Below, piece after piece: positions 56,911 through 64,000 of a stretch of DNA of 64,000 bases; position 1 is the stretch's first letter, and the number at the start of each line of letters is the position of its first letter. Source of the stretch: Eledone cirrhosa (Eukaryota). The notes beneath the pieces were generated by a model that saw only the letters and a list, made by a program, of their open reading frames with translations, was not told the origin of the DNA and did no database searches. Location: contig OZ024743.1 of assembly GCA_964016885.1 (NCBI GenBank), positions 73,594,001 through 73,658,000 on the forward strand, in the 5' to 3' direction. The position numbers were made by a program, and so were the translations under genes.

Positions 56911-57090
56911 TGAGATTCTACAGGACTAGAACTGTTTCATTCTTTAGAAATCATCAGGAATCTCTGATAATTTCTAAAGAATGAAACAGTTCTAGTCCTG
57001 TAGAATCTCATCTATATTAAAACTTTTATACTCTGCTATGTATTGAGTACCTTACTTACTGTGGTTACCTCCGATTCAACCCGGAATAAC
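56903..57090. mobile_element. Short fold-back PLE terminus
   Basis: Palindrome 56903-57018 plus a 3' extension shared with 41715-41800(rc). Confidence 0.85.
56913..56963 (-). ncRNA. Type-I hammerhead ribozyme
   Basis: Minus strand reads AGATTC CTGATGA T TTC TAAA GAA T GAA ACAG TTCTAGTC CTGT A GAATCT. Stem I is 6 bp, stem III 4 bp, GUA site; stem II is weak. Confidence 0.75.
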
Positions 57091-57180
57091 GTATATATAT
57101 ATATATTATATATATATATATGTATAAGATCTTTAAATATATTTTCAGTGCTATTTCCAATTTCACCTTCTCTCTGTAAC

Positions 57181-57262
<82 letters not shown>

Positions 57263-57358
57263 AACAAGTATGACCCCGACGGCAGAGCTCAAGCCGTTTC
57301 GACGGCTAATTCTGGACTCAGAATTATATATGTATATATATATATAAAATATATATGC

Positions 57359-57402
<44 letters not shown>

Positions 57403-57408
57403 CAATGC

Positions 57409-57440
<32 letters not shown>

Positions 57441-58025
57441 GTATACACATACATATATATATATATATATGTATGTGTATATATATATACATTTATACAT
57501 ATATATACATATATATATATGTATATATGTATATATATATACACATACATATATATATATATATATATGTATGTATATATATATGCATATATATGACTAT
57601 ATATATATGAATATATATATATATAACAAAGAGGGTGTGGATCTAGCTGTCGAAAGTGCCGGAACTCAGACGTCGGGGTCCAGAATGTTTTCACATATAT
57701 ATATATATATATATGTGTGTGTGTTAAAAGATTCACGATATATATATATATATATCTTGAATATATATATATATATATAGTTTGAGGGTGTGTAACTTTA
57801 CGCTAGTGTTGGTTCACCAACTTAAGTACTCGATGCACAAGTAGGTCCATTAAAGTACAGTATATGGTGTTGTAAATTTGGTGCTCTACTACGGTCGGTA
57901 TCCTTCATAAGCAGGACGTTAATAATAATGATGCGTAGGAACGAGGTGTCAAAGTAGCATCATTAAATTTATTCAGGTGTGACGCACGTTTCGCTATTGA
58001 ATACCTTGATCTTATTATATATATA

Positions 58026-58103
58026 CAGGGTGTACCCACAAATGTATAGACATTTTTATTAGAATGCTGTTGAAGTGTGTATACATTTGTTTGGGGCACC
58101 CTG
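58026..58103. mobile_element. Tc1/mariner-type mini-MITE
   Basis: TA|CAGGGTGTACCCACAAATGTATA...TATACATTTGTTTGGGGCACCCTG|TA. Confidence 0.75.
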
Positions 58104-58356
58104 TATATATGCAAGTACATACATACATACATACATACATACATACATACCTACATACCTACATACCTACATACATACATACATACATACATACCTACAT
58201 ACATACATACATACATACATACATACATACATACATACATACATACATACATACATACATACATACATACATACATACATACACACACACATATATAATC
58301 AGCTTTATTCATGTTTCAACAATTTTATTCTATGTAAAAATATATCATGTAAATAT

Positions 58357-58770
58357 TTATGCCGAACTAATGAGAAATCTGCAGATACTCCATCCTGATT
58401 ATACCTTCAGATTTATGCCTGTAATTATTGGGGCACTGGGATATGTTAGTAACTGCCTCAATAGAAATCTTGAGAAGCTGGGCTTCAAAGGAACAGAAAG
58501 AACATAACTAGTTAGGAAATTACAACTACAATCCATTAATGGAACAGTAAAAATATGTAAAACATTCAAAAAATTTGCATCTAATAACTACATATAAACA
58601 TGTACACATACAACTCAAAACATCCACATCCACACATACAATAACATCCATACCTACACATGCATGCAGACATATCTACCTAGTTGATGTTGTTTAAATT
58701 CCAATGAGAGAGTCTTGTAACTATATCAGAAACCGACTCTCTCACTATTGGCAAAAATTTGTGAAATTAA
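58357..58770 (+). mobile_element. RLE-type (R4/NeSL-like) non-LTR retrotransposon 3' fragment
   Basis: YAELMRNLQILHP...FMPVIIGALG...LEKLG...RKLQLQSINGTVKICKTF. Confidence 0.65.
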
Positions 58771-59267
58771 AAACATACATACATATATACATACATCTTA
58801 ATTTCATTTCTACTAGAATTATTCTCATCTATCATTGAAAAAATACGATCGCTTCAGCCTGCTCTATTATGCCCAGTTCTAGAATATTTATGTTGTTTTT
58901 CTTAATTGAATTCTAATTTAATGGCTTTCTCGTTGAAAATTATTTGAGTTTTTCCTCGTGTTTTCATGAAGTTTTACTGCTCAGTTTTAGAGTTCCTGGC
59001 TTTAAACAAATTTATTCATTTATAAACGATTTTATTCTATGTAAAAATATATCATGTAAATATAATTTAATAGAAAAAGAAAACAAATTAGATTGAGAAG
59101 AAAGAATGGAATGGAAAATAAGAAAATTAAGAAAAATGGAAAAGGAAGGGAATGGCATGGGCTATACTGTTGGCCTGGAAAGGGATGGGTTCTGCCAGGT
59201 TTTAAAAAGCCGAAGAAACGCTGTATGTCAATACGGTGCCCCTACGACTCTATCAGGAGTTACGGAA

Positions 59268-59910
59268 CCATACCATAACATCCCATAACATACCATACCA
59301 TACCATACCATACCATACAATACAATACCATACACTACACTACAATACCATACACTACTATACAATACAATACCATACACTACCATACCATACACTACTA
59401 TACAATACAATACCATACACTACCATACCATACACTACTATACAATACAATACCATACACTAACATACCATACAACATAACATACCATACACTACAATAC
59501 AATACCATACAATAATATACACTACTATACAATACAATACCATACACTACCATACCATACACTACTATACAATACAATACCATACACTAACAATCCATAC
59601 AACATAACATACCATACACTACAATACAATAGCATACACTAACATACACTACAATACCATACCATTCAATACACTACCATACCATACGATACAATACAAT
59701 ACCATACCATACCATACAATACCATGCACTACAATACCATAACATGCCATACCATACAATACAATACAATACAATACTATACACTACAATACCATACACT
59801 ACCATAACATACAATACAATACTATACACTACAATACTATACACTACAATACAATACCATACCATACAATACACTACAATACAATACCATACACTACCAT
59901 ACTATACCAT
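59268..59910. repeat. (ACCAT/ACAAT/ACACT)n pentanucleotide satellite
   Basis: Direct reading; follows a dispersed repeat end also present at 30003-30097. Confidence 0.95.
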
Positions 59911-61034
59911 TCGTAAATAAAGACGTAATTTATTTCAGAATGCATGACCAGAACAATGCTAGAAATTACGTCTTACCAAACTTTCTAATTCTCACTCTTC
60001 CACAAACATTGAGTTTCGCCTGCCCTGTTATTGATCTAGCATCCATTATGACTACTGATATTTGATGTTGATAAAATATATCGATTAAACTGCAATAGAA
60101 TCCGATTGAAAGAAAAATGGGTTCCCGTCGGTTCCGACAATAGCTATTCAAATAACTGTCAACTAATTGATTTACTGTAAATGTGGCTAATTAATACAGA
60201 CACGTGTAGCTTTGATGTAATACACAGACATGTGTAGCTCTGGCGTAATACACAGACACGTGTAGCTTTGACGTAATCCTTACGCAGAATTATTTTCAGT
60301 TACGAGAACAAACAAACCATCAGATGGACTTCCAAATAGTTTTTGTCTAACCAATTTAAGCCACAAGGCTTGGGTTGACCGGAGGCTATGGTAAAAAGTT
60401 GTAAAGGGACGTGGCCTAGTGGTTAAGGTGTTGCTCCCTCGATCATAATATCATAGGTTCAATCTCTGAAGTGGGATCCCATTGTGTCCTTCAGCAACGC
60501 ATTTCATTTCACATGGCTTCAGTCCATTTTGTTAAAAAACATTTCCAGTATCAGTTGAGTGTTAACTTTGTGACGGGACGTTAAAGGGTTAGTATTATAC
60601 TCTCATGAGTGTGACAGCTCACACATATATGCAGGTTTAGCTGGCCTCCTCCAAGGTATATCTCGTTGGAGGTGTCTTGGGTGATTTAATGATAGGGACC
60701 CCAGTCCTATCATCTCATTTCTACAGCTGAGTAAACTGGAGCAACGGGAAATAAAGTGTCTTGCTCAAGGAAACAACACACCCGGTCCGAGAATTGAACT
60801 CACAAACTTTCGATTGCAAGCCTAATGCTCTAACCACTAACCCATGAGTATCGACTTAATAGCTTTCTTTTAATGTCTCAATAATTAAGGATAATCATCA
60901 GCGCTCAAAAAGTTAATTTTACTCTTATGGAAAGTTTCCCTGTGACTATGTGATTACAAAATGTGCTTCTAACCCCTTCAGTCCTTAACTTGCTACCGTC
61001 TAGAATTCTAGTAAAAAATACAAATATATTCTGG

Positions 61035-61087
<53 letters not shown>

Positions 61088-61115
61088 AATTGTACTTTCA
61101 AAGCATCCTTTAAAG

Positions 61116-61172
61116 CAATGGTTCCCAAGGTGGGTTCTGCGGAACACATGGGTTCTACATTGGGAACCACTG
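61116..61172. mobile_element. 57-bp hAT (Charlie-like) mini-MITE
   Basis: CAATGGTTCCCAA and TTGGGAACCACTG; TSD CTTTAAAG/TTTTAAAG. Confidence 0.7.
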
Positions 61173-61689
61173 TTTTAAAGTCTAATACTGTCGTTCCGTG
61201 AAAAGGTAGAGGAGTATATATATATTACAACCATATAACAGTATTAGACTTTGGGGTTCCCCCAAACTTTTCTGAACCAAAAGGGGGTTACGCGTTTGAG
61301 AAAGTCTGGCAAACCTTGCTTATTTTCTCGAGGCTGGCATTTATTTTATCGATCACTTTCCATCGAACCGCTAAGTTGCGAGAGGAGAGTACTAAAATAT
61401 ATATTAACTCACCTCTCAAAATGTGGGATGGTTCCCATAATATTTATCGATTCCATCTATTTTAGGAGTGAGTGAGTTGACATGTCAACTAGAATATAGG
61501 ACTTGTCTATTATTTTACTGAGTCATTACATATTCCAAACGGTAATTGTTGTGACTAGGATATTTAAGTATATCTCTGAACTGGGGTTGAAATTATTGAT
61601 TTTCATCTTCTTTCGCCCACAAATTCTTGAGAGGGTCATGGGGCCAGAGTGCTCAAACATTCCTCCCAGCGGGTCTTTCAGAAACAACC

Positions 61690-62030
61690 GTCTCCAACTG
61701 ATCCGGCTGGATCCCCAAGCGAGACCAGTCGAACTAATGAATGTTATCCAACCATCTTACTCGGGGTCTACATCTGGGTTTCCTGCTTGTTGGTTTTGCC
61801 AGTAAAATCTGCCTAGCAATTCTTTACTGAGACATTCTAACCACAGGCCCATAGTATCGGAGCTATGATCTCTCAATTCGGAGCTGTAATGAATCTACCT
61901 GGAGTGACTCCGATCTCCGAGCTACGCACTTTATCGAGTAACGTTACTCCAAAGACCCTTCGGGGGAACCCCATTTCGGCTGCTTATATACGCGATCGTT
62001 ATTGGGCTAATTTAACTGTCATTAACTTAC
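61690..62030 (-). mobile_element. RTE-clade LINE fragment
   Basis: AEMGFPRRVFGVTLLDKVRSSEI..., RS*LRYYGPVVRMSQ*RIARQILLAKPTSRKPRCRPRVRWLDNI. Confidence 0.75.
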
Positions 62031-62641
62031 CATTATGAGGGGTAATGTGAGCAGTGTCTTTCCTTGTTCTGCAGCATATGATGACCACAAATGATCAGTG
62101 TTCTACAATCTTTATATGATAAATTAAACTAAACTAGTTCTTTGTATTTTTCAACAATCCCCAACTAACGAATGATTGTCATTCTTAAAACTTTTTCAAT
62201 ATTATAATTATCGTTGCATTCTTCTAAAAATATCAAACATCCCAAATCGTGATTCTGTCTTCACATTTCGAAGATAGACAGAGATATGTTCCTCTCGGGG
62301 TAATCAGATTTATTTGTATGTATATATGTATGTATATAATTATTTATTTATATTTATATATTTACTTATTTATTTATTTATTTATTCGTATGTATATTTG
62401 TATGTATATATTTATTTGTATGTATACATGTTTATTTATGTGTACTGGAGATGGGTCACTCTTTAAACGAAAGAACGAAGTCGAGGACACAATAGGAATA
62501 TTTAACAAAATGAAATAATTTCATGAAAATTTATAGATTTATTTACCAAAATAGAAAAAATCAATCTCATGGAGTGTGGAAAATTCTACAGGTTCTGCTA
62601 TAACCATTAAATTTAATGTATGTAAAAAGTAAACCGAAATA

Positions 62642-63319
62642 ACAAAGCAAACGACACAGTACATTGAAGAAATATTAGTTTAACGCTTGAAATAACGGGA
62701 AAAGTCTTAACATTCCTTCATCAGAATATAGAATGAGAAATAAAAGATAAAATAGAAAGATGAAGAATGAGAAAAGAAAGGAACGGAAAAAAGGGGGAAA
62801 CATATGTGTGAGTATTCAATCAGTCATTTTGGACCCAGATATTCTGGGCCCGATAGCATCAGAATATTACTAGAGATATTCTGGGCTCGATAGCATTATT
62901 AGTGCCTTATAATAGCTAGGGTTTAATTACAGGTACAATTCATTTTTACAAACGGAATGAACTGGAACTATGTGAAATACATTAAATTGATCTTGCTACG
63001 CGCCTTCACAGCTTAATTTGGGGAAACCAGTAAAAGAATATGGAATGAGTAAGGGACTAAATTGGATTTGTAATAAAATATAGATATGTATGTATTACGG
63101 AAGGGAAACATATTAAATTTGGAACAGAGGGTCCAAAATGGCATATGTTTCCCCCTTTTTCCGTTCCTTCCTTTTCTCATTCTTCATCTTTCTATTTTAT
63201 CTTTTATTTCTCATTCTATATTCTGATGAAAGACTAATGTCCAAAATGTTAAGACTTTTCCCGTCATTTCAAGCGTTAAACTAATATATTTCTTCAATGT
63301 ACTGTGTCGTTTGCTTTGT
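62642..63319. mobile_element. Fold-back with ~170-bp arms and a degenerate hammerhead
   Basis: 62642-62806 versus 63142-63319. CTGATGA A AGAC TAAT GTCC AAAAT GTTA at 63223; same family as 2790-2930. Confidence 0.85.
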
Positions 63320-63463
63320 GTGTATGTGTATATATATATATTGGAAAATGTGAGAAATCCTTGGTTCAGTTAAGTATATTTAAATAAAGGAATAGAATGA
63401 CTTCACATGTAAGTTCTAAACAATTTAATTTTATCATATTACAATTTTGCTTATATATATATA

Positions 63464-63720
63464 TATTAAAATAACAGATTAAGTTTTAAGCAAAGAATCG
63501 CTGCTTTCACCCTTAACGGGGGATCCCGTTAAGGGTGGAAGCAGCGATTCTTTGCTTAAACATTAATCTGTTATTTTAATAAATATTTGCTCTAAGGTTC
63601 TTATATATTTGATATATACTTATCCTTATCGAGCCCTCTTTGGATTTTAGTCTTCTAAAATCCAAAGGGTGAAAGCAGCTATTCTTTGCTTAAACTTTAA
63701 TCTGTTATTTTAATAAATAT
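63464..63720. mobile_element. Fold-back/rearranged termini of the PLE copy 2 family
   Basis: Palindrome 63464-63581 centred on CCCTTAACGGG GGAT CCCGTTAAGGG, followed by a further reverse-complement copy. Confidence 0.85.
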
Positions 63721-63721
63721 G

Positions 63722-63805
<84 letters not shown>

Positions 63806-63832
63806 TACATATACATATATATATACATATAT

Positions 63833-63899
<67 letters not shown>

Positions 63900-63930
63900 T
63901 GAGATTCTACAGGACTAGAACTTTTTCATT

Positions 63931-63996
<66 letters not shown>

Positions 63997-64000
63997 ATAA

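Noticed and set aside
55917-64000. Homeobox exon 2
   Set aside because: No KTRTKDKY or WFQNRR-like coding sequence is seen in the ORF track or by eye; it is presumably beyond the window.

Overview
Repeat-saturated, AT-rich animal genomic DNA. The SINE and microsatellite landscape looks like an octopod cephalopod (inference). The only host gene evident is a long first coding exon at 54587-55916 of an ANTP-class homeobox gene, most likely the ParaHox gene Cdx/caudal: it has a HPFEWMR hexapeptide followed by a phase-1 GT donor, and the homeobox exon is not seen in the window. The rest is (TA)n/(GA)n/(CA)n microsatellite, minisatellites, tRNA-derived SINEs and decayed transposons (Chapaev3-like, mariner, hAT MITEs, Helitrons, L1/Tx1, RTE, CR1, CRE, RLE-type LINEs). 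The most notable signal is a system of Penelope-like retroelement (PLE, Naiad-type) remnants. First, three GIY-YIG fragments are each flanked by inverted repeats, and two divergent ones carry an in-frame TGA at the same conserved Cys (CxxU, candidate selenocysteine). Second, about ten ORF-less fold-back palindromes of several unrelated sequence families sit mostly next to (TA)n tracts, and many carry type-I hammerhead ribozyme motifs that read outward from the palindrome centre. All alignments and folds were done by eye, so boundaries are approximate.
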